DNA of 64,000 nt from a virus (lineage: Duplodnaviria > Caudoviricetes), in the IMG/VR virus record IMGVR_UViG_3300028197_000002; one strand, written 5' to 3'. The first letter of the stretch is position 1. Every line of letters begins with the position of its first letter. The notes under the pieces were generated by a model. That model made no database searches, was not told the DNA's origin, and saw only the letters and a program-made list of their open reading frames with translations. Shown here piece by piece: positions 48,069 through 57,128 of the stretch. A program made the position numbers and the translations under genes.

Positions 48069-48318
48069 GAAGCGTCAAAAAAAAGAATGTTTTGTTCGTG
48101 AGTACAGAAATCAATTGGCCGAAGAAGGCGTAGAGATTAATTTCGAAGAAGCTGAAGAAAGATATGATGCAATTAGAAATTTAATTGTAAAATCTAGAAA
48201 CATGTCTCAATTAGATATCTGGAAGCTAGAGGAAATGAAGCCTATGGATGGATTTTCTGAAAAAGATCATAGTGATTTAATTAGTTTGTATAAGTATTTA
48301 ATAGAAAATGAAGTATGA
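48061..48318 (+). CDS. Hypothetical protein
   Basis: Coupled ORF; GGGAG RBS. Confidence 0.7.
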   Translation: MNKKRQKKECFVREYRNQLAEEGVEINFEEAEERYDAIRNLIVKSRNMSQLDIWKLEEMKPMDGFSEKDHSDLISLYKYLIENEV

Positions 48319-49414
48319 TTTCGTTATTGCTGGAGCAGGGTTTTTTGGAGCTACTTTTGCAAGATTAGCTGCTGACGCTGGCAATACATGCCTTCTTATA
48401 GATAAAAGAGATCACATAGGAGGAAACTGTTATACAGAAAAAATAGAGGGGATTAATGTTCACAAATATGGCCCTCATATATTTCATACTAATAGTTCTG
48501 AAATTTGGAATTTTGTAAATAAATTTGCTACATTTAACAATTATCAACATAGAATAAAAGTAAATTATAAAGATCAAATATATTCTTTCCCAATAAATTT
48601 AATGACTGCTAATCAAATTTGGGGAGTTAGAACTCCATCTGAATTTGATAATAAAATAAATGAAGTTAAGTTGGACTTAAAAGCTGATAATTTAGAAAAT
48701 TGGTGTTTGTCCAATGTTGGTAAAGATTTATATGAGACATTTATAAAAGGTTATACTAAGAAGCAATGGAATAAAAATCCCAAAGAGCTTCCTTCTTTTA
48801 TAATTAAAAGAATTCCTTTAAGGAATACATTTGACGATAGATATTTCAATGACAAATATCAAGGAATTCCTATTGATGGATATACTTTGTTATTTGAAAA
48901 CATGCTGGATCATAAAAATATTGAAGTTCAATTGAATGTTGATTTTTTTAATAACAAAAAAGAATTTTTAAAAAAAGGCAAGACCATCGTCTATACGGGA
49001 AAAATAGATGAGTTTTATGAGTATAGATTTGGTGAATTGGAATACAGATCGTTAAGATTTGAAAACAAAATTTTGGATGGAGATTATCAAGGATGTCCAA
49101 TAATCAACTATACAGATGAAAATGTTTCATTTACAAGAATTGTTGAACATAAGCACTTTGAGTATTTGTCTGGCGCTAGTCCAAATAAAACAGTAGTTAC
49201 TTGGGAATATCCTGATGATTATTCAATTGGAAAAACTCCTTACTATCCAATTAATGATAAAAATAATAATTTAATTTATGAAAAATATAAATCAATTGGC
49301 CAATCTGCTGATTTAGATATTATTTTTGGTGGCAGATTAGGTAGATATCAGTATATGGACATGCATCAAGTTATTGGCTCCGCCATGAAAAGTTTTTATA
49401 AGATTTTTAAATGA
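48308..49414 (+). CDS. glf: UDP-galactopyranose mutase
   Basis: GAGFFG, HIGGNCY, VHKYGPHIFHT, FIKGYTKKQW, YQGIP, PYYP, GRLGRYQYMDMH. Confidence 0.96.
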   Translation: MKYDFVIAGAGFFGATFARLAADAGNTCLLIDKRDHIGGNCYTEKIEGINVHKYGPHIFHTNSSEIWNFVNKFATFNNYQHRIKVNYKDQIYSFPINLMTANQIWGVRTPSEFDNKINEVKLDLKADNLENWCLSNVGKDLYETFIKGYTKKQWNKNPKELPSFIIKRIPLRNTFDDRYFNDKYQGIPIDGYTLLFENMLDHKNIEVQLNVDFFNNKKEFLKKGKTIVYTGKIDEFYEYRFGELEYRSLRFENKILDGDYQGCPIINYTDENVSFTRIVEHKHFEYLSGASPNKTVVTWEYPDDYSIGKTPYYPINDKNNNLIYEKYKSIGQSADLDIIFGGRLGRYQYMDMHQVIGSAMKSFYKIFK

Positions 49415-50091
49415 TTGCTTCAAAAAAAGTTTTAGTATTAAATAAAAATTGGACTGCTATTGGATTTTCTTCTCTGCAACGAGTAATCGGTCTTTTATTT
49501 GCGCAGTATGAAAACGGAGATCCTAAAGCGCAAATTATCACTCCTCCTCCTAAAGGTAGTTATGAAGTTTGGACTTGGGAAGATTGGGCGAAAATTAAGC
49601 CTAAAGAAGGAGATTCCGAACTAATATCAAGTTCGCAGATATTTAAAATTCCAGAAGTTATTTTATTGACAAGGTACGATAGAGTACCAGCCAGAAAAGT
49701 TAATTTTTGTAGAAGAGAAATATGGAAAAGAGATGAATTCAAGTGCCAATATTGTGGGATCAAACCTAAATATGATGAGTCTACTTTGGATCATATTATA
49801 CCAAAATCTCGTGGAGGCGAAACTAATTGGACAAATTGCGTTTTAGCTTGTTATCAGTGTAATAGTCAAAAAGCAGACAGAGAGCCTCATGAAGCTTTTA
49901 AGCCCCATGATAAAAGGGCTAGTTTATGGAGAGGACCTTCTCCAATGAGGCTCTACAAGACTCCTGTAAGGCCTAAAATGCCTTCTTTTGCTGATGAAAG
50001 GATTAAGGTTTTGGATACTTGGAAACATTGGATTGACAAACTTTATTGGGATGTAACTTTAGATAACGATATGCAGAAAGAAGGAGATTGA
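49411..50091 (+). CDS. HNH endonuclease (McrA-like)
   Basis: VLVLNKNW, RDEFKCQYCG, TLDHIIPKSRGGETNWTNCVLACYQCNSQK. Confidence 0.92.
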   Translation: MIASKKVLVLNKNWTAIGFSSLQRVIGLLFAQYENGDPKAQIITPPPKGSYEVWTWEDWAKIKPKEGDSELISSSQIFKIPEVILLTRYDRVPARKVNFCRREIWKRDEFKCQYCGIKPKYDESTLDHIIPKSRGGETNWTNCVLACYQCNSQKADREPHEAFKPHDKRASLWRGPSPMRLYKTPVRPKMPSFADERIKVLDTWKHWIDKLYWDVTLDNDMQKEGD

Positions 50092-50092
50092 T

Positions 50093-50434
50093 ATGGGATT
50101 ATTGACAATTAAAGAATTCAAAGAAGGCAAAAGAGTGGATAGAACTAGGCCTAAAGATCGACAAATAAATGCACTAGAAGAACTGACAAAACAATCAGAA
50201 GAACTTGGTCTTTGCGATAATGCTTCAAATCCTATGATCAAAGACCAAAGATTTAATAAACTAAACGAAGCCACAGAAGAAGAAATCATGTCTATTAAAG
50301 GCGTGGGGAGAAAAACTTGTGATGTATTATTCGCATTTTTAAAGGAAGGCGAATTTAGAAATAAAGAAGATTTGAAAAAAACTGGTTTAAACACACGAAC
50401 TATAAATTTCATAAATTCTTGGCTTGATATATAA
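50093..50434 (+). CDS. Helix-hairpin-helix DNA-binding protein (ComEA-like)
   Basis: LNEATEEEIMSIKGVGRKT and EDLKKTGL. Confidence 0.75.
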   Translation: MGLLTIKEFKEGKRVDRTRPKDRQINALEELTKQSEELGLCDNASNPMIKDQRFNKLNEATEEEIMSIKGVGRKTCDVLFAFLKEGEFRNKEDLKKTGLNTRTINFINSWLDI

Positions 50435-50490
50435 ATATTTTTTTCAATTTGATATATAATTAAAACCCTTTATCAATAGATAGGAGAAAA

Positions 50491-50853
50491 ATGTTAAGTT
50501 TTAATGAATGGCTTTTGCAAGAAGGCAAATGTGGCAACATGGACAAAGATGGTCCTGAAGACAAAAAAGACAAAAAAGACAAAGATGGTCCTGAAGACAA
50601 AAAAGACAAAGATGGTCCTGAAGACAAAAAAGACAAAAAAAGCAGTGGCGAAGATTGCGATTGCGATTGCGAATGTGATTCTTGCGATGATGGCGATTGT
50701 AATGATTGCAAAGAATGTGATTGTGATTGCGAAAGCGAATCTAAAGATAAGGACGACAAAGAATCTGATGGGTTGACTGAAAAACAGAAAAAATTACCCA
50801 AAGGTTTGCGTGATGCTATTTTGAAGAAAAAAAAGGAAAAGAAGGGAAAGTAA
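50491..50853 (+). CDS. Charged Cys-rich low-complexity protein with CTS-like start
   Basis: MLSFNEWLLQE; DKDGPEDKK repeats; CDCDCECDSCDDGDCNDCKECDCDC; GLTEKQKKLP tail. Confidence 0.8.
   Translation: MLSFNEWLLQEGKCGNMDKDGPEDKKDKKDKDGPEDKKDKDGPEDKKDKKSSGEDCDCDCECDSCDDGDCNDCKECDCDCESESKDKDDKESDGLTEKQKKLPKGLRDAILKKKKEKKGK
50545..50634 (+). repeat. Three 27-nt direct repeats (coding)
   Basis: AAAGATGGTCCTGAAGACAAAAAAGAC at 50545, 50581 and 50608. Confidence 0.9.
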
Positions 50854-50856
50854 ATA

Positions 50857-51255
50857 ATGCCTTTTAAAAGCACAGCTCAAATTAAAGCATGTTATTCGTC
50901 TAAAGGTTTTGGAGGAAAAGTTGATTGCGATCAATGGCTTAAAAAAACAGATTTTAAGGATTTACCAGATCGAGTTTCTAAAAAGAAAAAACCTTATGAA
51001 GAGAAGAAGGAAGAAAATTGCTTTATTAGAACTTTTTCTCAAGACGTTAATGAAGAAGAGCTTTGTTGGCATGTGGATTTGGAAGATAGAATAGTTTCTT
51101 CTTTAAAAGAAACAGATTGGAAATTTCAAAGAGATAATTCACTTCCAGAAAAGATAGAAGGGGAAATACACATTAAAGCCAATGAATGGCACAGGATAAT
51201 AAAGGGTTCGGGAGATTTAGAGGTGAGGGTTTTAAAAATAGCCAAGAAGAATTAA
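50857..51255 (+). CDS. Two-module protein: MPFKS..Q motif fused to a small cupin-like domain
   Basis: MPFKSTAQ...LPDRV, then RTFS...ELCWHVDLEDR...WHRIIKGSGDL. Confidence 0.7.
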   Translation: MPFKSTAQIKACYSSKGFGGKVDCDQWLKKTDFKDLPDRVSKKKKPYEEKKEENCFIRTFSQDVNEEELCWHVDLEDRIVSSLKETDWKFQRDNSLPEKIEGEIHIKANEWHRIIKGSGDLEVRVLKIAKKN

Positions 51256-51319
51256 TTCTTCTTGGCTATTTAATTACGTATTGCGATCTTTTTTTATGAG
51301 TCTTCGAAACAACTGAATT

Positions 51320-51472
51320 TTATTTTCTAATAACGCTGGCTACTGAGTTCCACATAACTATTAGCAAAGATATGTAAAGAGCGGGGTGGCACATAACGAG
51401 CGCAAACGTAGTGACTATAAGTAAAATAAATGGAGAAACTTTAGGTGCTTCTATAGGTTCATATCTTTTCAT
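51320..51472 (-). CDS. 50-aa membrane peptide (absent from the ORF track)
   Basis: Manual translation MKRYEPIEAPKVSPFILLIVTTFALVMCHPALYISLLIVMWNSVASVIRK. Confidence 0.5.
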   Translation of the reverse strand: MKRYEPIEAPKVSPFILLIVTTFALVMCHPALYISLLIVMWNSVASVIRK

Positions 51473-51637
51473 TAACTAATACTAAGCCTGTTTTAGGCAG
51501 ACTTTTAAGCTATCATCTAGATGATATATTTTTTCTATTATCTTTTTCACTAAAATTTAAAGCATCTCAAAAATAAATTAGTAAGATAATTCATTTTTTC
51601 TTGCTTTAAATTTTAGATTTGATTCATAAATAATCAC

Positions 51638-52222
51638 ATGGAATTTAAAGCATTTGTATCGGAAATAGAGACGGACTCAATGAAATTGTTAGGTGATTTT
51701 CAAATTAGTGAAAACTTAAAGTATCACTTAGAAAACAACTTGTCTCTATGTAATAATATTTTCAGAGTCGGAAGTGATTCTTACTTTGATTTAATAAAAG
51801 AAATCAAATCACTTTATTACGAAAACAAAGTTGCTTTAAATGATGACGATTTTGGTCTTTTAGAGACTGATCTTTGTGAGATTTTTGAAAACGGAGATGA
51901 ATTAATTTATTTAGATTTGCCTGTGCTTATTGGTGAAGCTGAATATAAAGGGAAAAAAGTAAAGTTAAATAATCCTTCAAGAACTCCCGGAGGTCCAAAG
52001 AAATTTAAGGTTTATGTGAAAGGCAAAAATGGTAAAATAAAAATTGTCAGGTTCGGAGATCCTAATTTAAAAATAAAAAACATGAACCCTAGTAGATCTA
52101 AAAGTTTTAGAGCTAGGCATAAGTGTTCTGAAAAAAAAGATCGTACTACTCCGGGATATTGGTCGTGCAACATAGCTAGATATGCCAAAATGGTTGGCCT
52201 CTCCAGCTCTAATCCATGGTGA
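51638..52222 (+). CDS. Conserved phage protein (KSFRARHKC/YWSC family) with CTS-like start
   Basis: EAEYKGKKVKLN.P..GGPKKF.VYV...VRFGD...SFRARHKC...GYWSC; CATAAATA lies 5 nt upstream. Confidence 0.75.
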   Translation: MEFKAFVSEIETDSMKLLGDFQISENLKYHLENNLSLCNNIFRVGSDSYFDLIKEIKSLYYENKVALNDDDFGLLETDLCEIFENGDELIYLDLPVLIGEAEYKGKKVKLNNPSRTPGGPKKFKVYVKGKNGKIKIVRFGDPNLKIKNMNPSRSKSFRARHKCSEKKDRTTPGYWSCNIARYAKMVGLSSSNPW

Positions 52223-52225
52223 AAA

Positions 52226-52846
52226 ATGACAGCAGCTTATTATTTGAAAGATATTCGTGCCCATGAACCAGCCGAGTATTATGATTTGCTTTGCAAAAAC
52301 ACAAATTTTAGCTGGAAGGCATCAGGCTGGGAATCTGAAGAAGATCAATACGGAAGATTTTTACTAACTTCTTCTATCATTAAAAAAGAGTCCTCGGTCT
52401 TAGATGTGGGTTGTGGGCAAGGAGATTTGTTCACTTTTCTTGAACAAAGAATGTCAACTAAGCCATTTTCATACACCGGAATTGATGCAAGTGAAAAGAT
52501 GATAGAGATTGCAAAGTCTAAGCATCCTGATGTTCATTTTTCTTGTGTGGATTTTTTAAAGTTAAAAGAAGAGCAGAAGTATGATCATGTTTTTGCTTTA
52601 GGCACGTTTAGTCTCAAGGCTTTAGATCAAGAATCATACATTAATTCTTGTATATCTAAATGCTTTAGATTAACTAATCACACTTGCACAATAACAATAA
52701 CATCAGAAACATCAGAATCAAAATATAACGAGATATTTTATTATAAAGTTTCTGATGTTGCCAAAGTCGCTTCTTCTTTGAGTAAGAAAATTGTCATAAA
52801 CACTGCTTCCTCTCCTTGTGAAATAATTTTAACTCTTTATAAATGA
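52226..52846 (+). CDS. Class I SAM-dependent methyltransferase
   Basis: GWESEEDQYGRF, VLDVGCGQG, YTGID. Confidence 0.9.
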   Translation: MTAAYYLKDIRAHEPAEYYDLLCKNTNFSWKASGWESEEDQYGRFLLTSSIIKKESSVLDVGCGQGDLFTFLEQRMSTKPFSYTGIDASEKMIEIAKSKHPDVHFSCVDFLKLKEEQKYDHVFALGTFSLKALDQESYINSCISKCFRLTNHTCTITITSETSESKYNEIFYYKVSDVAKVASSLSKKIVINTASSPCEIILTLYK

Positions 52847-53214
52847 AAGTTTTTATGCCTTATATAAATAAAGATGATAGAAAATTAGTAGACGATAAGA
52901 TAAATGAAATTTCTTCTACGATATTAAGAATGAGAAATAGAGATTTTTTGTCTGTCGCTGGCATCTTAAATTATTCAATAACAAGAATTTGTTCTAAAGT
53001 AATGGGCAATTTAAATTATGGCAATATCGTCATAGTGACAGGATTGTTGGAAAATGTAAAACAAGAGTTCTACAGGCGTATTGCTTCTCCGTATGAAAAT
53101 GAGAAAATAACTCAAAATGGCGACGTGGAGGAGTATTCTGTCTTTGAAAAAAAATCTCAAAATATTTTTTTTAAAGAGTCAGCGAATCCTGATTCTTATT
53201 TAGAGAAAATGTAA
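52843..53214 (+). CDS. Conserved phage hypothetical protein
   Basis: MPYI...G.LNY.IT...G.LENVKQEFYRR..SPYE.EK...NGDV; true start may be 52855. Confidence 0.75.
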   Translation: MKVFMPYINKDDRKLVDDKINEISSTILRMRNRDFLSVAGILNYSITRICSKVMGNLNYGNIVIVTGLLENVKQEFYRRIASPYENEKITQNGDVEEYSVFEKKSQNIFFKESANPDSYLEKM

Positions 53215-53294
53215 GCAAATCCTCTTTCGTTCTTCTTTTAAAGTCATTATAATGATCAAGGTAATTCTATGAATAGAAAAGAAATGGCTTTTAG

Positions 53295-54326
53295 ATGAAA
53301 TTGACCGAAGAACAAAAATTTGCTCTTAAAAAAGTAGTAAAATTTAAAAATAATGTTCAGACAATTGGCGGTTATGCTGGAACCGGTAAAACTGTTTTGA
53401 TAAGAAATTTATTTGAACTTCTCCCCAACTTCTCTTTTTGTGCTTATACGGGCAAAGCAACTAATGTGTTAAGAAAAAAAGGCATAGAAACTGCTCAAAC
53501 GATTCACAGCTTGATTTATTCTGCTCATGAAATTGATGGTCAAGTTTATTTTAGTTTGATTCCTGATTTGGATTGCGATGGAATCGTTGTTGATGAAGCC
53601 TCGATGGTTAGTGAAGAGATCTATAAAGACTTATTATCTTTCAACAAGCCCATTATTTTTGTTGGAGATCACGGGCAGCTTGAGCCAGTAGGCGATAAGT
53701 TTAACCTGATGCAAGATCCTGATTTTAAATTAGAGCACATTCACAGAAACGCAGGCGAAATTGCTCATTTTGCAGAATTCATAAGAAATGGATATCGGCC
53801 TGCTTCTTGGGAGCATAGGTATCCTTGCAAAAATGTTAAATTTGTAAAAAACTACAAAGATCACGTTTCTGATGTCGACCAAGTAATTTGCGCTTTTAAC
53901 AACACTAGAGTTTCTATAAACAAGCTGGTTAGGAAAAATCTTGGTAAAAATGTTGATATTCCTGAAATTAGCGATAAAGTAATTTGTTTAAGAAATAATT
54001 CAAAAGAGAAAATATTTAATGGAATGATTGGTTGGATAGGATGGTTTTATAATAAACATGTTATTGAGTTTGTGACAGAGGATAATTTTTCTTGTAAAGT
54101 TCCTCTTGATTTAAAGTGCTTCAATAAAGCGCGTTATGAGTTTGAGTTTGAAAAAGATTCCCCAAATCCTTTTGATTATGCTTATGCAATTACTTGTCAT
54201 AAGGCTCAAGGAGATGAGTTTGATAGTATATTGGTAGTAGAGCAATCATCTAGTTCTTGGGATCATGTTAGATGGTGTTACACAGCGGCTTCAAGAGCGA
54301 AAAAATCTATTGTTTGGTGTTGTTAG
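53295..54326 (+). CDS. SF1B helicase (Dda/RecD-like)
   Basis: GGYAGTGKT, VDEASM, GDHGQLEPV, YAITCHKAQG, YTAASRA. Confidence 0.94.
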   Translation: MKLTEEQKFALKKVVKFKNNVQTIGGYAGTGKTVLIRNLFELLPNFSFCAYTGKATNVLRKKGIETAQTIHSLIYSAHEIDGQVYFSLIPDLDCDGIVVDEASMVSEEIYKDLLSFNKPIIFVGDHGQLEPVGDKFNLMQDPDFKLEHIHRNAGEIAHFAEFIRNGYRPASWEHRYPCKNVKFVKNYKDHVSDVDQVICAFNNTRVSINKLVRKNLGKNVDIPEISDKVICLRNNSKEKIFNGMIGWIGWFYNKHVIEFVTEDNFSCKVPLDLKCFNKARYEFEFEKDSPNPFDYAYAITCHKAQGDEFDSILVVEQSSSSWDHVRWCYTAASRAKKSIVWCC

Positions 54327-55459
54327 TCTTGTCTGATTAGATAGCTTTCGCTTAAGAATTTTTCTTGTGATTTTGTTATTTCTCTTGGAGTTTGTTTCAA
54401 GAAATCTGTGCCTTGATTAGTTTCGTATTCTAATGCTATTTTAAATGTTTCATCAAGAAGTTGAAGTTTTTCATTTTTAATTCGCCAATATTTTAGAGGA
54501 TACTTATCACTTATGATTTCGCCTGTTGAACTTAGTTTTACTATATTTGAATTTATTTCGTTTAAATGAGGATTCTTATCATTTGAAAGTTTTAATGTAA
54601 GTAAATATTCTATTTCACTAAATTCATTTTCTAATACATTTTCTTTTAATTTAATTAGTTCTACTATTTCTTTTATTTTTGGGTTTCTATTTGGACATAT
54701 GTTGTGAATGTGAAAAATCCAACCCGAAAGGTAATCCTGTAATAGGCTTCCTTGAGAATCAATTAAGCTTGTTTGAATTCCGTGTATGCCTGTAACTTTA
54801 CATAAATTAAAAAACAGTTGGTCAGTAAACCCGTCAGCGATCATAGATCTTTCTTGAATTACATATTCGAATTTTTCAACTACTTCAGATATTGTTTTAT
54901 TTGAACAAATTAAAATTTCGTGTTCATGAGCAAGATTGTGATCTTTGCATTTGTTTACTTCTACATTTGATTTTGTTTTAGATTTTACATATTCTATTTT
55001 TTTGTACAAGTCATGTCTTTCAAGAATTTTTCTAGTTAACTCTACGTTTCCATGTGACAATTTAGAAATGAATAGATATTCTTTTTCTGCATTGTGACGA
55101 TTGAGAAAATTCATCATTGAATCTATATCTGTAGATGTGTCGTCATCTATTTTCACTATCCATTTTGAATTTTCGTAAAATTCTTTTTTTAAATAAAAAT
55201 TATAAACTTTTGCTGCTGGATGGTCCCAATTATGTTCTAAGTATTTTAAATCTATGTTCTCATTTTCATGATATCTTGAAAAATGCTTATTTAATTCTTC
55301 TTGAGATCTTATTTCTGTACCTGTAAGAAAACACAATAAAATTTTATTTTGATTGCAATTTACAATTCCCACCTCGTTGAATTGTTTGATTCTTTTAGAA
55401 TCTCTCATGTGAACGGGCAGGAAGATTGTTGCGTCATATTTGTAATTTTTAGTTTCCAT
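54323..55459 (-). CDS. Putative GT-A glycosyltransferase-like protein
   Basis: WIVKIDDDT (DxD) and FTDQ motif. Confidence 0.5.
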   Translation of the reverse strand: METKNYKYDATIFLPVHMRDSKRIKQFNEVGIVNCNQNKILLCFLTGTEIRSQEELNKHFSRYHENENIDLKYLEHNWDHPAAKVYNFYLKKEFYENSKWIVKIDDDTSTDIDSMMNFLNRHNAEKEYLFISKLSHGNVELTRKILERHDLYKKIEYVKSKTKSNVEVNKCKDHNLAHEHEILICSNKTISEVVEKFEYVIQERSMIADGFTDQLFFNLCKVTGIHGIQTSLIDSQGSLLQDYLSGWIFHIHNICPNRNPKIKEIVELIKLKENVLENEFSEIEYLLTLKLSNDKNPHLNEINSNIVKLSSTGEIISDKYPLKYWRIKNEKLQLLDETFKIALEYETNQGTDFLKQTPREITKSQEKFLSESYLIRQD

Positions 55460-55476
55460 AATCTATAATAGTTATT

Positions 55477-56217
55477 ATGAGCGGATTTGATACCATTATT
55501 ACAGGAACAGGGCGATGTGGCACTGGTTATTTTGCCAAGCTTTTGAATAGTATGGGAATTTTATGCGGCCATGAATCTGTTTTTAATTTAAATGGAGTGA
55601 AAATAGCTAAAAAAAGAATTTCAGGAGAAGTTCCTTTTGTAATAAGTTGCACTTGTGGCGCTCAATTCACTGGAAAAGCACACAAAGAAACATGCATGTC
55701 AAATATTTTGAAAGAAATAAAAGGCAAAAGTCTTAATGCCGATTCCAGTTATATGTCAGCGCCTTTCTTAGATGATGAAATTTTTAAAAATTATAATTTT
55801 ATTCATGTTTTGAGAAATCCTTATGATGTGATAAAATCATTTGCACAAGTCGCTAATTATTTTAAAAAAGAAAATAGTCCACTTCATTCGATTGGTTTTG
55901 AAAATTTTATAAAGTCTCATTTAGGCATTGTTTATGATAATGACTTCGATCCAGCAGACAGAGGTTTTTTGTATTATGTTGGTTGGAATAAAATGATTAA
56001 AGACAAAACTCATAATCGAAAAACACTAGTTTATAGAGTGGAAGAAAATGATGAAAATAAAATTTTAGATTTTTTAAATAAAAATAGTTGTGATTTAAAT
56101 TTAAAGAATGAAAAAATAAATCATTGGAAAAACTACAAGATTGATGAGCCTCTTGAATTTAAGGTCTTTGAAAAAGATTTTAACCAGCTTTTGATAGAAT
56201 ATAAGGATTTTTGTTGA
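55477..56217 (+). CDS. Sulfotransferase-family protein
   Basis: 5'-PSB-like ITGTGRCGT and 3'-PB-like IHVLRNPYDVIKSF. Confidence 0.7.
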   Translation: MSGFDTIITGTGRCGTGYFAKLLNSMGILCGHESVFNLNGVKIAKKRISGEVPFVISCTCGAQFTGKAHKETCMSNILKEIKGKSLNADSSYMSAPFLDDEIFKNYNFIHVLRNPYDVIKSFAQVANYFKKENSPLHSIGFENFIKSHLGIVYDNDFDPADRGFLYYVGWNKMIKDKTHNRKTLVYRVEENDENKILDFLNKNSCDLNLKNEKINHWKNYKIDEPLEFKVFEKDFNQLLIEYKDFC

Positions 56218-57128
56218 TGAAATGCTTAGTTACAGGTGCAGATGGTTTGTTGGGAAGTGCTTTTAGAAAAGCGCTGGGTAATGATCATATTTTTTTAACT
56301 AGGAAGAAATGTAATCTTTTGGATTCGGCAGAAGTTGACAATTTCTTTAATTTAAATAAAAAAAACTTTGACACTGTAATTCATTGTGCGGGTGTAGTTG
56401 GTGGCGTTTTTGCAAACATGAATGCAAACAAAGAGTTTTTTGATCAAAATTATATAATAAATAGAAATGTTTTAGAAAGTTCTTACAAATCTGATGTTGA
56501 TAATTTAGTTTCTGTTTTGTCTACTTGTGTTTTTCCTGATAATGTTGAATACCCTTTGACTCCTGATAAGATTAATTTAGGTCCTCCTCATGAATCTAAT
56601 CGAGGATATTCCTATGCTAAAAGGTTCTTATTTCATCAAACAAACATGTTTGGCAAGTTTCTAAATAAAAATTGGTATTCTGTAATACCAACGAACATGT
56701 ATGGTGAAAATGATTATTTTGATTTAGAAAAAAGTCACTTGATCCCAGCTTTAATTAGAAAAGCTCATGAATCTTCTAAAAATGAAAGTGATTTTGTTGT
56801 TTGGGGAGATGGAAGTCCTTTGAGGCAATTTGTGAAGTCTGATGATGCGGCCAATTTGATTTTATGGTCTATTGATAATTGGAAAAAAGATCGTCCATTT
56901 ATGCTTGTTGATAAAAAAGAATATGCAATAAAAGATGTTGTTAGAATAATAGCGGATAAGTTCAACATTCCAGAGCATAAAGTGAAGTATAATTCTTTAA
57001 AGCCGAATGGTCAGTTCAGAAAAACAGCGGCATCAGATTGTGAACATTATGATTTCGTTTCTTTGGAAGATGGAATATCAAACACAATAGATTGGTATGT
57101 TACTAATGATTCAGTGATAAGAAAATGA
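56217..57128 (+). CDS. fcl: GDP-L-fucose synthase
   Basis: VTGADGLLG, HCAGVVGG, YSYAKR, PTNMYGEND, HLIPALI, VWGDGSPLRQF. Confidence 0.93.
   Translation: MKCLVTGADGLLGSAFRKALGNDHIFLTRKKCNLLDSAEVDNFFNLNKKNFDTVIHCAGVVGGVFANMNANKEFFDQNYIINRNVLESSYKSDVDNLVSVLSTCVFPDNVEYPLTPDKINLGPPHESNRGYSYAKRFLFHQTNMFGKFLNKNWYSVIPTNMYGENDYFDLEKSHLIPALIRKAHESSKNESDFVVWGDGSPLRQFVKSDDAANLILWSIDNWKKDRPFMLVDKKEYAIKDVVRIIADKFNIPEHKVKYNSLKPNGQFRKTAASDCEHYDFVSLEDGISNTIDWYVTNDSVIRK

Noticed and set aside
49411-50091. HNH gene as a mobile homing endonuclease or intron
   Set aside because: It is translationally coupled in an operon, does not interrupt a gene, and has the stand-alone McrA-like architecture.
50545-50634. 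Direct repeats (also the 33-nt repeats at ~2130-2270) as a possible CRISPR array
   Set aside because: Repeats are adjacent, in-frame multiples of 3 inside ORFs, with no unique spacers and no cas genes.
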